Source: the human T2T-CHM13v2.0 reference genome, Homo sapiens. From it: a DNA stretch of 64,000 bases. This document shows positions 27,438 to 45,412 of this stretch, one piece after another (the stretch's first letter is position 1; each line of letters begins with the position of its first letter). Under the pieces are notes generated by a model that saw only the letters and a program-made list of their open reading frames with translations, ran no database searches and had not been told where the DNA came from. The stretch lies in the NCBI RefSeq assembly GCF_009914755.1, contig NC_060935.1; one strand, 5' to 3'. Both the position numbers and the translations under genes were made by a program.

Positions 27438-28084
27438 GTATCTACAAAACTCTCCTGGGAAAGATGAATAATCAGGCTCCCTTGATTACAAATTACCCAT
27501 GGTTGAATTCCCTACTTTGTTCTTTCCCACAGCTACCTAAAAATAGAACTAGACAGGGCATGTGTGGCTTTGCAAAAGCTGTACTAAATGCTAGGTTTCA
27601 TCAATGAAATATGCAGATGGAACTATCCTAAGATGACTGGGGAAATCAGACAGCAGGTGAAAAATTTGCATGAAGACAGAGCCTTGGGAGCCACTCAGAG
27701 GTCATGTGGGGTAAGGTGGAGTGAGGACTGAGAGAGAAAATGTAGAGAAATAAGAGCAGAAAGACCCAAGCTGTGATGCATAACATCTATGATTAATATT
27801 CATCTGCAAAACAAAGAGAAGAAATAGACAAAAACATTTAAAATGTTAAATCATAAAAGGTAAAAGAAAATAGGATGACACATTGGAGTGCTAATGGATT
27901 TCAAACTCACTCTTGCCCTGAAGTTCAATAAGGACATCTGAGTTTTTGTCACTGGGCAACTTTTAAAAACCACTTTACTTCTCTGTGCTTCAGTTTAATT
28001 GTTTGCATAATGGAAGTAATAATATTTTTCTTGCCTACCTGAGAGCACAACTGTGTCCATAAAATGAAATAGGATATTGCAATA

Positions 28085-28760
28085 GTGCAGTTCAGTTCTG
28101 ACACTAAATTCCAGAGTTGGCACACACTCCAGCTCATGAGCACAACTCATACCAAGACTGCCCTCACTTCAGACATTGACTGCAAGTTTAGGGGTCCCCA
28201 GGCCACCTGCATTTCTGACCAATTGGCTACAAATCCAGGAGTGCCCATGATCCCCACCTCTTAGGTTTGATAATTCACTAGAACAACCTACAGAACTCAG
28301 GAAAATAGTATATTTATGACTAGATTGATTGTATGGGATACAAATCAGGATCAGCCAAATGAAAAGACACACAGCAGGACGTCTGGGAGGAGTTTCCTTG
28401 TCATCCCCCACCCCATGGAATCAGGATGCATTAGCATCCTGGCACATCAGTGTGTTCACCAACCAGGAAGCTCCACAGAGCTTTCGTGTCCAGAGGTTTT
28501 ATTGGGGGTATCAATGCATAGCAGTCTCCAAAAGAGGTCAGGCTGCTATCACTAGGCTCAAAGCCCCAACCCTATCATCACATGGTTGGTCTTTCTGGCA
28601 TGGCCAGCCCCCGTCTGAATCATCTCCTTATAAACCCTCTTATGGTCTGAGGGGCTCATGAATAACAAATTCACTCCTATTACTGGGGAGAGTCCAAGGA
28701 TTTAGAGCCTCTCTCCCAGGAACCAGGGACAAAGGCCCATCAGATTCTTTATTATATAAC
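28085..28760 (-). mobile_element. MER21-like LTR
   Basis: Reverse complement begins tgttatataataaagaatctgatgggcctttgtccctggttcctgggag...ctctaaatccttgg; related to the element at 51945-52500. Confidence 0.65.
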
Positions 28761-29687
28761 ATATATGTGAAAAAAGTACAAAGTGCTCTGCAAAGGTGGG
28801 TGGCATTTCTATTGCTCATTGTTATTATGGTGGTATTTAAAGTGGGTTTTGAGGGTTTAGGGGTTTTAGTGGTGGTCAGGTTTGCAATCTCACAGAAGAA
28901 AAGCCAACAGCCTCTGGATAGTCAGGAAGCTTGGGTCAGTGGGAGTAGGAAGAGGGTTAGCCTCCAATCCTTGATTCCTCCCAAAGCCACTTGAGGGGAA
29001 CATCTTTGGTTCTAAGTCTTAAAGGACTAGAAAGTTCAGAAAAGTAAGCCTCTAAGTGCTCTTCACAGTCATGGCTCATGGACCCAACTGAATCTAATTG
29101 GTCTTAGAAATGTCAGAAAGGTTTTACACTGTAATTTACTTGCTTCCTGTGACCTCTTTCCTGGTAATGACACTGAAACTTCTGGCTTGCTTCTTTTTCC
29201 CTCTCTTTCCCCCATCCCATCGTGGGAACTCCGTGACTGTCCTTGGAGGCAAAAGCATCAACACTGCCCCAGCGGCCCCTGCTTTACTAAGGGAGGACAA
29301 GAAAAGAGAGACTCTCTTTTCTCTGAAAAAAAAAACAAAAAGCTTAATTAACAAAAGTGCCCTTCTGATATTTGGAAGACCTAAAAATTTAAACTGATTT
29401 TCATTATCACTTAGGGTAATAGGACAGGTAGAAAATGCTCATCCATCGAAACCAGAAGACTCTTTGCTAACTGGCTAGATGTGTCTTGATCACTCAGGAA
29501 TGAGCTCTTTGGAATACTCTGTGTTGATTAGCCTTTTCCTTTGTTTTGTTTTTTAATTTTTTAATTTTAATAGATTTGGGGGTACAAGTGGTTTTTGACG
29601 ATTATGCTTTTTTTAAGCCTGGTTTGAAGCACAGAAAAACAAAACAAAAAACAGCCAATGCTGATCATGTGCTTTCTTTCTTTTCAG

Positions 29688-29790
29688 AAGCTGCCTTGAA
29701 TCTGGCCTACATCCTAATCCCCAGCATTCCCCTTCTCCTCCTCCTTGTGGTCACCACAGTTGTATGTTGGGTTTGGATCTGTAGAAAAAG
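29688..29790 (+). CDS. LAYN: Layilin exon 7: transmembrane helix (EAALNLAYILIPSIPLLLLLVVTTVVCWVWICRK)
   Basis: ttttcag| acceptor and hydrophobic TM segment. The frame into exon 8 is kept only with the non-canonical AAG|gcaagt donor. Confidence 0.94.
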
Positions 29791-30808
29791 GCAAGTAAAA
29801 CCTTCATTGTGTAAACCTTTGCATCTTCTGCTCTCTTTGAGATTTGGATATTGCCTTGTTTACTTCATTAAAACCCACGGCAGCACCAAGAGTATCACCA
29901 TTGCAGATTGGAGAGTGGGTTCTCTGACAGGTCAGGGCATTCAGAAGTACTAGGCATTTGTGCTTAGTTGTGATTAAGAGAGTGATCTTACTTGCTTTAC
30001 TGTCTGTACGTGGAAGATTTTAAAACAACTTGAAGGGTGAAATTGCATTATTCACCTCCCGTGCACTCACACGTCACCCAGCAAAAATGCTCTCATGAAT
30101 GTATGCCCTCACTCTGAAAATGTTTGTGGACTGAGTGAAGGAATGAATAGTGAGCCATATGAAAAATGACTGCTGCAAAGTATTCTGGTAAACATCTGAA
30201 ACTAAACCACTTAATTCAAACTGAAAGAGCCAAATTCCTTTTAACTGACTTTTCTTTTAATTCAGTACACAAGTATAGAGTGCTATAAAATAGCTACACT
30301 AGGTGGCATCAACAATTTCTGTATATGGTCAGGATCGTGTGCCACTATTTTATTTTATTTTATTTTATTTTTAGTACTGAAAGCTCTTCTCAGTTACCTT
30401 TTTATTCTCCATCATCATGGTATATGGAGAAGATGTCTAGTATTCCCATTTACAACAGGAAAACTAAGGCCCAATTTAAGATTTGACTCCCTTTAAAGAC
30501 CAATTTGAGATGAATTAGTAAGATTCCAATGTAAAATCTATTTCAGTTAATTGTAACTTCCTTGTAGGATTATTATAAGGATTAAGGCAGTTAATACTTG
30601 CAGAATAAGTATATACTAAGCACTTGAATGTTACCTATTATTGGGATTATTTTATTAGTTATTTCCTTTGAATCTTAAAGTAGAATTTAGTTCAAAAAAT
30701 TACAGGCATATTTTCCAGCTGCCTACTCTGCCTACTCAGTTGGTTCTTGATTTCCTTTCCTGACTCTCTGTTTTGTACTTTAACAGGATTTGGGAATTGT
30801 GACTCTAA

Positions 30809-31247
<439 letters not shown>

Positions 31248-31584
31248 TAAATGCATAAAATAAAATACATTGGGTTGCAAAGGAAGCAATCATACTGTTA
31301 TATAGTTTAGCAAAATATTTCCAAAAATGAATATGTGATTAGTAATACATGTACTCCTTTATTAATGCTTCTTTATTTAGTGCTGGGTATAATTATTATA
31401 ATTTTGAAGTAGAGATGAGGTTAAAATATTTCAAGGCATCTATAACTGTGATATGAAAACATCTATAATTTCTAGTAGTGATCAAGTCAAAGATATTAAT
31501 CCTGCTGTTTTATCTCTTACATTCATAATGGAAGGACATGCTAAATTTCACTTATGGATGAGTCGTGTTTTTTGTTGTTTTGGT

Positions 31585-32037
<453 letters not shown>

Positions 32038-32243
32038 TGAATGACAGATACACAATCACTTTGAACATAACATCTCCCTGTTTGGTTCCCTCCCACTCCG
32101 AAGCCCTGGCCTGTAAGTTACATAGACGAGACATGCAGCTGGGTGACTGCCCAGGGCTGCTTCCTCTCGTCTCAACAGGAAGCACAAGGGTATTCTCAAT
32201 CACCTGGTCTAAAACACTCAGCCCTGGTTTTCTTTCTTCCTAG

Positions 32244-32607
32244 AAAACGGGAGCAGCCAGACCCTAGCACAAAGAAGCAACACACCATCTGGCCCTCTCC
32301 TCACCAGGGAAACAGCCCGGACCTAGAGGTCTACAATGTCATAAGAAAACAAAGCGAAGCTGACTTAGCTGAGACCCGGCCAGACCTGAAGAATATTTCA
32401 TTCCGAGTGTGTTCGGGAGAAGCCACTCCCGATGACATGTCTTGTGACTATGACAACATGGCTGTGAACCCATCAGAAAGTGGGTTTGTGACTCTGGTGA
32501 GCGTGGAGAGTGGATTTGTGACCAATGACATTTATGAGTTCTCCCCAGACCAAATGGGGAGGAGTAAGGAGTCTGGATGGGTGGAAAATGAAATATATGG
32601 TTATTAG
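32244..32607 (+). CDS. LAYN: Layilin exon 8: cytoplasmic tail ending ...ESGFV...ESGFVTNDIY...ESGWVENEIYGY*
   Basis: tttcttcctag| acceptor; matches the C-terminus of ORF 32143-32607. The repeated ESG(F/W)V and NxIY motifs are the known talin-FERM-binding tail; stop TAG. Confidence 0.97.
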
Positions 32608-33080
32608 GACATATAAAAAACTGAAACTGACAACAATGGAAAAGAAATGATAAGCAAAATCCTCTTATTTTCTATAAGGAAAATACACAGAAGGTCTATG
32701 AACAAGCTTAGATCAGGTCCTGTGGATGAGCATGTGGTCCCCACGACCTCCTGTTGGACCCCCACGTTTTGGCTGTATCCTTTATCCCAGCCAGTCATCC
32801 AGCTCGACCTTATGAGAAGGTACCTTGCCCAGGTCTGGCACATAGTAGAGTCTCAATAAATGTCACTTGGTTGGTTGTATCTAACTTTTAAGGGACAGAG
32901 CTTTACCTGGCAGTGATAAAGATGGGCTGTGGAGCTTGGAAAACCACCTCTGTTTTCCTTGCTCTATACAGCAGCACATATTATCATACAGACAGAAAAT
33001 CCAGAATCTTTTCAAAGCCCACATATGGTAGCACAGGTTGGCCTGTGCATCGGCAATTCTCATATCTGTTTTTTTCAAAG

Positions 33081-33096
33081 AATAAAATCAAATAAA
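33081..33096 (+). terminator. LAYN polyadenylation signals (two AATAAA)
   Basis: AATAAA at 33081-33086 and 33091-33096, followed by GT-rich sequence (gtgttagtctgtgtct). Confidence 0.75.
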
Positions 33097-33216
33097 GAGC
33101 AGGAAACAGAGTGTTAGTCTGTGTCTACAGCCCTTCCTCTGCATGTGGCCACAGGGGACCTTTTTTTGTTTCTCCTGACATCCAGACTTGGAAATATCTA
33201 ACTACTTGCAAAACTA

Positions 33217-33550
<334 letters not shown>

Positions 33551-34817
33551 TCAGCTTCTAGGCTTATGTACTCCCATCCCTTATACTACACGTTGTTCTG
33601 TTTGCATGTTTGTTACTGCAGCATCAACATAACATGACTAATAATGATGACAGTTCTACCTTTTGTTGACAGACCTCATTGTTTCAATTGTGTTTGGCCT
33701 CAAATTCAGAGAAAAGTTTCTCAGCCCAGCATCAATCATATACACATTGGAGGTCTGAAAGCCATTATTTAAATCACCAGCAATTTCCCTCAATCAGCTT
33801 CATAATCTCATATTTTAACCTTTCCTCATATGTCTTATTTTTTAATAGCTCAGCAACTTTGCTTCACATATGGAGCCCCAACCTCTAGAGTTAACTAGTC
33901 TGGGTCAAAGCAGTATCGAATGTAGTGGATTGGAATCCCTGCCAAATTATCTGCCCTACTGCAGAACTGAATATACTAGGAAACAAAACTCCCTGTTTTG
34001 GGAAGTGTGTTTTGTGGTTACATTTCAAGCAAAAACTGAGCACATGGTCCTGAAGGACTGATTCACTGCTCTAAAATGCCCAAGGTTCCATTCTTGCTTC
34101 AGACAGCCTCGCTCTATCATCTGCCCTGTATCCTGCACTGTGCCCCACAACTCTGGCCCTTATTACACTGCAAGCTTTGCTAGTAGGAATCCTATCTGCC
34201 GGTCAGCATCATGGGTCCTGCAACCCATGGCAGCACCTTGCAGGGTAGGCAATCAATGTCTATTGAATGGATGAACAATGCATCTTTTCAGACTGATGTC
34301 AAATAGTTTGAATATTTCAGCTTAAAATTTGTTTTTCACAGTCCCCCTAGGTGGAGGAGGTAACTGAGTCATTGTAATTGGAATGCCTCCCAAGAAGGAA
34401 GCATAGTAACAAGTAAACAGATGCTGGTGAATTGTGCTAACAACTTACTTTATGTCACTCATGCTTGAACTGAGGACCCACTGTTAATCTATAAAGGGAG
34501 TAAGGTTGTAATCAGAACAGACCCTCAGCATCTTCCCTTCCCTTTTTTCATTAATGTGTTGTCTCTTCTGGGACCTAGAGATCTCTTCTGTGTTTGTACA
34601 CAGCCAGTCTTACCCTGCATTTTAATTATTCACTTTCTTTTTCCTCCTCAGGTTTACTAGCCTGAGTTTACCCAACTCCATTTCTATCTCTAATAATTGC
34701 ACTTCACTTATGTAACAAATATTTGCTAAATGTTAAGGGTTTGCTATGTTCCCGTTGAGCTTGAGCTTATTCATTAAGCTAGTATCATATGGAAATTTAG
34801 TAAGTTTGTTTCATAAT

Positions 34818-35531
34818 TGCTATGATTTGAATGTTTGCCCCCTTCAAAACTCAGGTTGGCCAGGCATGTTGGCTCATGCCTGTAATCCCAGCACTTTGGG
34901 AGGCTGAGGCAGGAGGATTGCTTGAGCCCGGGAGTTCAAGACCAGGCTGGGCAACATAACGAGACCCCGTCTCTACAAAAAATAAGAAAATTAGCTGGGT
35001 GTGGTAGTGCATGCCTATAGTCCCAGCTATGCAGGAGCTGAGGTGAAAGGATTACTTGAGCCCAGAGGTCAAGGTTGCAGTGAGCTCTGATCATGCCACT
35101 GCACTCCAGCCGGAGTGACAAGTGACATCCTGTTTCAAAAACAAACCAACCAAGAAAAAAAGACAAAAAAAACCTCATGTAGAAACTTATTCCCCAATGT
35201 GGCAGTATTGACAGGTGGGGTCTTTAAGAGATGATTGGGTCATGAGGGCTTTGCCCTCATGGATTAATGGGTTTTCACAGGAGTAGGACTTGTGGCTTTA
35301 TAAGAAGAGGAACAGAGACCTGAGCTAGCACCCTCAGGCCCCTCACCGTGTTACGCCCTGCGCTGCCTCAGGACTCTATAGAGAGTCTCCACCAGCAAAA
35401 AGACGCTCCCACATGCAGCCCCTCAACCTTGGACTTCTCGGCCTCCAGAACTATAAGAAATACATTTTGTTTCTTTATAAATTACCCAGTTTTAGGTATT
35501 CTGTTACAAGCAATAGGAAATGGACGAAGAC
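34818..35531 (+). mobile_element. MaLR LTR (MST-like) interrupted by an Alu (34858-35172)
   Basis: tgctatgatttgaatgtttg...ccttcaaaactca [Alu] catgtagaaactta...ataaattacccagttttaggtattctgtta...ggacgaagaca. Confidence 0.8.
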
Positions 35532-36421
35532 AACCATTTAAAACCGTATTTCCCAACCTTTTTTTCCACTGTGACACACATGACAGATAAAATGTATGTA
35601 TCAGACAACCACTTTGGTCTCTTTACTCGACAAGCATTCCTGTTTGTTTGTTTGTTTGTTTGTTTTTTGAGACGGAGTCTCGCTCTGTTCCCTAGGCTGG
35701 AGTGCAGGGTCATGCGATCTTGGCTCACTGCAGCCTCCACCTCCTGTATTTGCAACTTTTCTTAGTTTGAAATTCTTTAAGGAACAGCATCTGCAAACAC
35801 AGGTACTGGAATGGTTGGTAACATATTACTTGCAGCACACCTTCCATCTAAGCTCAGCACACAGGGGTTTGCCATGATGTTGGAGTTGAGAGCATCTAAA
35901 AGCCTCTGATCCAAGATAAAAATAAATCATTAGTAAAGCTGTCAATCAGTACCCAAGCCCCAGGCTCAGGCCCAGGACCCCAAACCCCACCTTTGTCATT
36001 TCCTTGCAGGCTACAGGGAGCCATGTGAGCCACCCCACAGAAGTGAATCCGGAGATTCCTTTCCTCCACAGTTTCCCATCCCTCCCCTGTGAGAACGCAA
36101 ATAGGTTGTGTGATCTAAGGTGACTTCCAGTTCTAAAATTATTCAATATGATTCTTTTTCTAATTTGTTAAGCATGTTATGCCCACATTACTTCTGAGCT
36201 TGTAGTAAGACACACCTAATGGTGGATAGCAAACTGAAGACAGAAGTGTCAAATAAGGTCTAGGAAACTGCAAGCCCAGAGATGGAGAAGCAACAAAGCC
36301 AATTATTCTGTACAGCCCCTTCCTTCTTTCTTCCAAAGAACAGTAAATGGTAACTAATGGCTAAAGAATCTTAAGTTATTCTTGAATCTTGAATTTGAAC
36401 AGCAGAAAGAAATAGTGACTA

Positions 36422-37483
<1,062 letters not shown>

Positions 37484-37767
37484 TTACCTAATTATAATGA
37501 CCAATTTCTGGCAAGCAACTGCAAAGAGAAAGGGAGGTAAAGATATATGGAGAAATAAGAAAATACAATGCAGGTGAAAATCCTGGGTTCTGGAATCAGG
37601 TTGTTGAGTTTCTAAGTCCTATTACTGCTACTTACTGGCTGTGCAATCTTGAACAAACTACATTATTTAACCTCGGTTTCCTCATCTCTAAAATGAAGAT
37701 AACATTACCTACCTGGAAATGCTGCTATAATAAAAATCACAAAATATGCATAAGGTGCTTGATGCAT

Positions 37768-38232
37768 TTTGTGGGTTGAATTTCATCCATCACCACCACC
37801 CCCCTCAGAAAAAGTATTGAACTCCTAACCCCAAATCCCTCAAAAATGTGACCTTTTTTGGAAATAGGGTCATTTCGGATATACTTAGTTAAGATGAAGT
37901 CATTAGCATGGAACCCTGTTCCAATGACTGGTGTCCTCAAAAAAAAAAGGCAATTTGGACACAGAAATGCATACAGGGAGAGCGCCATGTGAAGACGAAG
38001 GCAAAGATCATGGTGATGCTTCTACAAGCCAAAGAATGCCAAAGATTGTTGGCAAACCACCAGAAACTAGGCAAGAGGTGCGAAACAGATTTCTCTTACC
38101 GTCCTCAGAAGGAACCAACCCTGCTGACATCTTGATCTTGGACTCGTACCCTCTAGAATGATGAGAAACCATTTCTGTTGTTTAAGCCACCCAGTTTGTG
38201 GTACTTTGTTATGGCAGCCCAAGCAAACTAAT
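37768..38232 (+). mobile_element. MaLR LTR (MLT1 family)
   Basis: Same diagnostic motifs as 4428-4870; ends 'gttatggcagcccaagcaaactaata'. Confidence 0.8.
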
Positions 38233-39149
38233 AGAACAGATAAGCCCTCATTAAATACTAGCTAGTATTAGTCCTGTACTCTTTTAATCTAATAGTACTG
38301 AGACAACAATACTGTTTTTACTGTAAATTATAGCTCACTTTCCAGCTATCATGGGTTTATATATCCTGCCCTCCCCCACAAAATCATGGCATTCTGTGGA
38401 GTGACAGAGGGCAAAACCAGGGCAGACATGAGAGTCACAGGGAGGGGGATTTCCATGACACGCAGGAGGATGCCTGCTTACAACAAACACTGTAAGACCT
38501 TCACCCCTCCAGGGGCTCACGGAGAGACCATGTGAGCCCTTGGGAGAAGGAAGGATTCCAAGCCCCCAGGTGCGAGTTTTCGCTGATCAATGTGCTACAC
38601 GGAAGTGATATAGGTGCCGGCTCTTATTGCCAGAGGGCTCTTATTCCACCTGCTGGTGGAAAACAGGTTGGATGTCATAACCTTTAAAACCCCTTCATCT
38701 CATCTCAGTGCATACATTTCAGCCACTTTCTTTTGAACGTATAGAAGCTTGGAATAGAAAGTGGGCAGAGCAGGTTGGTGGTAGTTTGTTTCTTTTTCTT
38801 TGGTGGGATCTGGAATCCCTAACAGCTAGTTTTACTAAAGACTGAGATTGGCTAGGTAGGATTAAGGCTGAGGAACTGCCCCTAACCCCCTACCGCATGC
38901 CACACACCTCCTCACTATTTCATCACCACACCCCCAGCCTCCAAGGCAATGAATAAGAGTGTCGAATAAATTAGCTGGAATAGGCAGCTCTGAAAGTTAC
39001 CACATTTGGCAGACAATTCATCCCAAATCTTCCCTTCCTCAGGCTCAAAAAGAGACTCAACCTTGCTGGGTAGGCTGGGTGCTGTCCACAGTTAGGGGGA
39101 TTTGGAGCTGGTTCTATTGCACGTATGATAGAGAAAACAGGAGGGAATA

Positions 39150-39902
<753 letters not shown>

Positions 39903-40226
39903 TATTGCCTGCCAGGGTTGCCCCAAAAGTCCCACACCCAAGTTGATGCCACAAATTGCCTCTAGGGCAGACCCCCACTCTCAGGATGGATTGGAATTTT
40001 AACTAAAAGGAATTTTGGATATGATGGTCTTATTTGGATCCCGATTTGAACAAGCTAATCAGAAAAAGACATCTTGAGATAATTGGAAAAAATCTGAACA
40101 TAAACTGAGTATTAGAGAAAATTAAAGATTTATTTTTGTTTTCATTAGGAGTGATAATGGCATAGTGGTTTTATAAAAGATAAAAGGCCTTATCGGTTAA
40201 AGATGACAGTAAAATGACCCAATTTT

Positions 40227-40520
40227 GGCCAGGCGTGGTGGCTTATGCTTGTAATCCTAGCACTTTGGGAGGCCGAGGCAGGCAGATCATGAGGTCAGTA
40301 GTTCAAGACGAGCCTGGCCAACATGGTGAAACCTCGTCTGTACTAAAAATACAAAAATTAGCTGGGTGTGGTGGTGTGCACCTGTAATCCCAGCTACTCA
40401 GGAGGCTGAGGCAGGAGAATTGCTTGAACCTGGGAGGTGGAGGTTGCAGTTAGCAGAGATTGCGCCACTTCACTCCAGCCTGGGCAACAGGGCAAGACTC
40501 CATCTTGGGGGAAAAAAAAT
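40227..40520 (+). mobile_element. Alu (AluS-like)
   Basis: Full-length Alu; TSD aaaatgaccca. Confidence 0.92.
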
Positions 40521-40555
40521 GACCCACTTTCTTGGGCCTGTTTTAAAATATGCTA

Positions 40556-40959
<404 letters not shown>

Positions 40960-41194
40960 TGAAACAAGATCAGCAAACTGATCTTGTTTTTTAAATAAGT
41001 GAGAGGCACATGGTGGTTCATTATATTATTTTCTCTCAACATACATTTTTATGTATGTGTGAAAGTTTCCATTAGAAATTTTTTAAAATAAAAAGAATGG
41101 GAAGGGGGAAAGAATCGCAGATCTTTCTCCTGCTGAGGGAAGTTCTTCTGTTGGGGTGTGAAGGAGAAAGGCTTAGAAATTCCACTGAGTTTCG

Positions 41195-41635
<441 letters not shown>

Positions 41636-44600
41636 TCACTGAACACCCACTCTGTGCCAAGTACTTTCAAACGTCATCTTTGTTAATCCTCATAACAATA
41701 TTGCTCAGGTAGATGTGATTTGTATGAGTGAGATAGAAAGACCACCCAACCAGTAAGGGGCAGGGCAAAGAGACCTTTTGGTTTTGTTGCACATTCCACA
41801 AATCATTCCACAAATAGCCAAGCTGTGTATCCCACGGTGGAGGCAAACGGGGATGTAATTTTTTTTAATTTGTATTATTTTTTCTATTTATAAAAGCACA
41901 TGTGGAAATTACTTGCGTTTTTTTCACATAAGCCCTCCCATTTTTTCACTGACATACATGTCTTAAGTACCTTCTGTGTTTCCAACACTGTGGACACAAA
42001 GATATATAAGGCCCTCCCCTCAAGCTATTTACAATTCAACTGGGGAAGCAGAGCTGGAAATAAATGTCACTGTGCGTTACTTGCTCTCACAAGGGGACAT
42101 GACAGAGGCAACTAGCACGCACAAGGAGGAACCTGATGTCCTACCTCCTCCACTTTGCCCGGCCAAGAGCTTTTTGAAAGTCCCAGCAGCCCATGGAAGG
42201 TTCCCCAAGCCCCTGGACAAAACTTGCCCACTCTTGTTTTCTCCCACAGCCTGCAGCATACACTTTACCATGGGATCCTTCACAGTCGAACGCACCTTAG
42301 AATTCACTTCTTTCCTCTGGGCCACCCAAATGCAGGAACCACCTCCTATTCATTGTTGTGACCCCCAGCTCTTAGGGCAGTGGCTTGCACTTAACTGGCA
42401 ATCAATAATTGCATTAAATTGAGACAAAAACCTTTCCTGGCAAGTGCCACCAGCATTAATTTTCCACCCTCCTAACTGCCTTTCGATTTCTTTTCCTTAT
42501 TTTACTACTAGAAATACTCAGTCTAGAATCTCTTCACAGAAATCAGTGCTTCTTAAAAGTGTCTACAAAATAATCAGACATAAAGGAAAATGCAAAGATT
42601 GAGTCACTTTCTATCAAATATTGTTTATTTCATGAAGTCCCATACAGAGAGATCCAACATAAATATTTACATTCTATGAAGTTGCTCTGCTCTAGAAAAC
42701 AACTAGCCAGCCCATGTTTTTGAAAGACTGTTCTGTTCTGTTTTGTTTTCCAGAAAGAAACTGGCCTCCCTTTTGGAAGAGATTACGTTTTCCCACCTCT
42801 TTATTTCTAGAAAGGAGCTTGCTCCAAATGGCTTTTTCAGGGTCAGTGAGCCATTGAACAACCAATAAGTTCTCAGCATCTTGGGATCAGCTCTTTTTTT
42901 CTACCAATCTGTCCTTTCTCTGTGTCCCGCCCCCGTCCCCCCGCACCCCCCAAGCCAAGCTAACTTCATAATTTCCTGCTTTTCTACTAAACGTAATGGT
43001 GAATGTTTCCTATGTTGATAGATGCCCACGAAAACAACAAATCCTTATCACCTCATAAATTTTAAGAATCTGCTCCTGGATACAAAGATGTGTCATCCAT
43101 TATGTGCTGCCAAGGGAATGAGCAGAGAAACCAGGCGAAGGAGAGAGCATGAGACATGAAGCCAGCCCCATCTGCCCCTTGGATTTATAGGCAATCACTT
43201 TAGTAATAGGTACAAGGTGGCCATTTATAAGGTTATAATGCATCTCCTAAATGGACAGATGTCCCAGCATCTTCCTGCTGATCTAAAACCATCAGTGACT
43301 CCTTGCTGTCTACAGAATTCAGTTCAAACTCCTTAATCCAGCATCCAGTGGCCTCGATGATCTGGTCCAACTACCTAACCTTACTACCACTCCTGTAATG
43401 CCAGTCAAGACTCGCTCTCCCAGAAACTCAGCATGCATTTTCCCATTGCTGTCTCCGCTTGTCCTCTTTCTTCAGCCTGGAGTGTCCTTTCCTCACTTCT
43501 TTATGTGACACATCCTACCCATCTGTGAAGACTCAATTAAGTGCCACATCCTCCTTAAAGCCTCTTTCCTCTTCCAAAGTCCTTTAGATCTTGGCCTGTT
43601 CCTGCCTTTCTCGTGGTTCTCAGTATGTTTTGTTTATAGGAAGGGTATGAAACAACAGCAGAAAATACCCTAGGACCTAGAAATAAAGGGGCCATATGAG
43701 AATTTAACCATGGAAATCCATTTGTACATGGACAATGACTTGCAACTGAAAAAGTGTCTCCAAGACATCTGAGCATGACCCGCAGGTGAAGCCTGGCTTA
43801 GGTCTGTAGTTGCTGCAGAGTAAATGGTATTCATGTGTCTATTCAGTGAATCAACAAATACGTACTGAGCACCTGCTAAATGACAGTTACTGTGCTTGAC
43901 AGTGGGTATGTGCAATGGTGAATAAGATACAGCTTCTACCCTCATGGCAGTTATATAGTAAAAACCCAGATTAACATCAATGACTTACATGATGATAGGG
44001 CTGTGATAGGGATATGGGCGAGCCCAGGATGCAGATACTTCCTGGAGGAGGGGATGCCCAAAGTGAGAATGTGGCACCTAAGCAGAATTTCAAACAGTTC
44101 AGCATGATTGAGCTGGGAGTGTTGGGTGGGTGAGTGGCAAAGGGTGAGGGGGAACAAGACGGAAGGGGCTACAAGGAGCTTGATAGTAAATGATTCATAA
44201 GCCTTGCTGAGGAATTTGGACTTCAGCCCAGGCTGATTATTCGTTATTTGCCGTCTCTCACCAAATCCCTGCCCACATCCATTTTCTATCCTACTCTGAC
44301 CTGCTCTGTGCCCTAGCAGGATGACCCCTGCAGACTGCACCACCCAGCTCCCTTGCCAGATGGTTTCCTGTACGATTTGGGCAAGAGAGGCTCCAGCAGG
44401 TCCGCTGTGGGCAGGAGGAGTGAAAGAAAGGTTATGGTATTGCTTCTGCTTTCCTTTCATATCAATAGCAGTAGTTGCACCCTCTGCAGTTCAGTCTCCA
44501 CCAGTTGGCCCTTTCTCTAGCTCTCACTATAATCCAGTAACTCTACTTTTTCTTCTTGTCCCCTTCTAGGGTGGTAACAGCTTCCTACTGCTGCTAACAA

Positions 44601-45072
44601 ACTCATCCATAGTTTGCTTCCTTAACCCTATCCATATATCTGCAAGTGGTACTTTCATTAAAGTCTCTTCTCTTCCTCTGAACCATCCGAAATGAATTCC
44701 GTTTTCTGACAAGACCCTAACTGATACAATCCTGAAAGTTATAAGGAGACATTCAAGTGTAGGGAGTCACAAAAAAACAAAAAATATGGCAATCAATGTG
44801 TACCTCCAACACTACTTAAGGGACAAGGCCCTCAAATTTTAGCCAATCTATTCCCAATGGTAGCGCCCTGTGTATTGCAGAGATGCATGCATCAGCAATC
44901 ACAGACCAGGAACCTCTGAATCATGCAACTAGCCCCCAATTCTGATGCAAGATTGCAAAGGCAATGTTATAAACATAAATAAGCTTCTTGCATAGATCTA
45001 ACAATACAAAAGGAAATAGGACATAGGTGCTTTGGTCTGCATGATACTTATTTCATTATAGACACCACTATG

Positions 45073-45412
<340 letters not shown>

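Noticed and set aside
27438-27607. Open frame continuing past the exon 6 donor (possible soluble intronic isoform)
   Set aside because: No nearby canonical AATAAA, and the extension is unremarkable.
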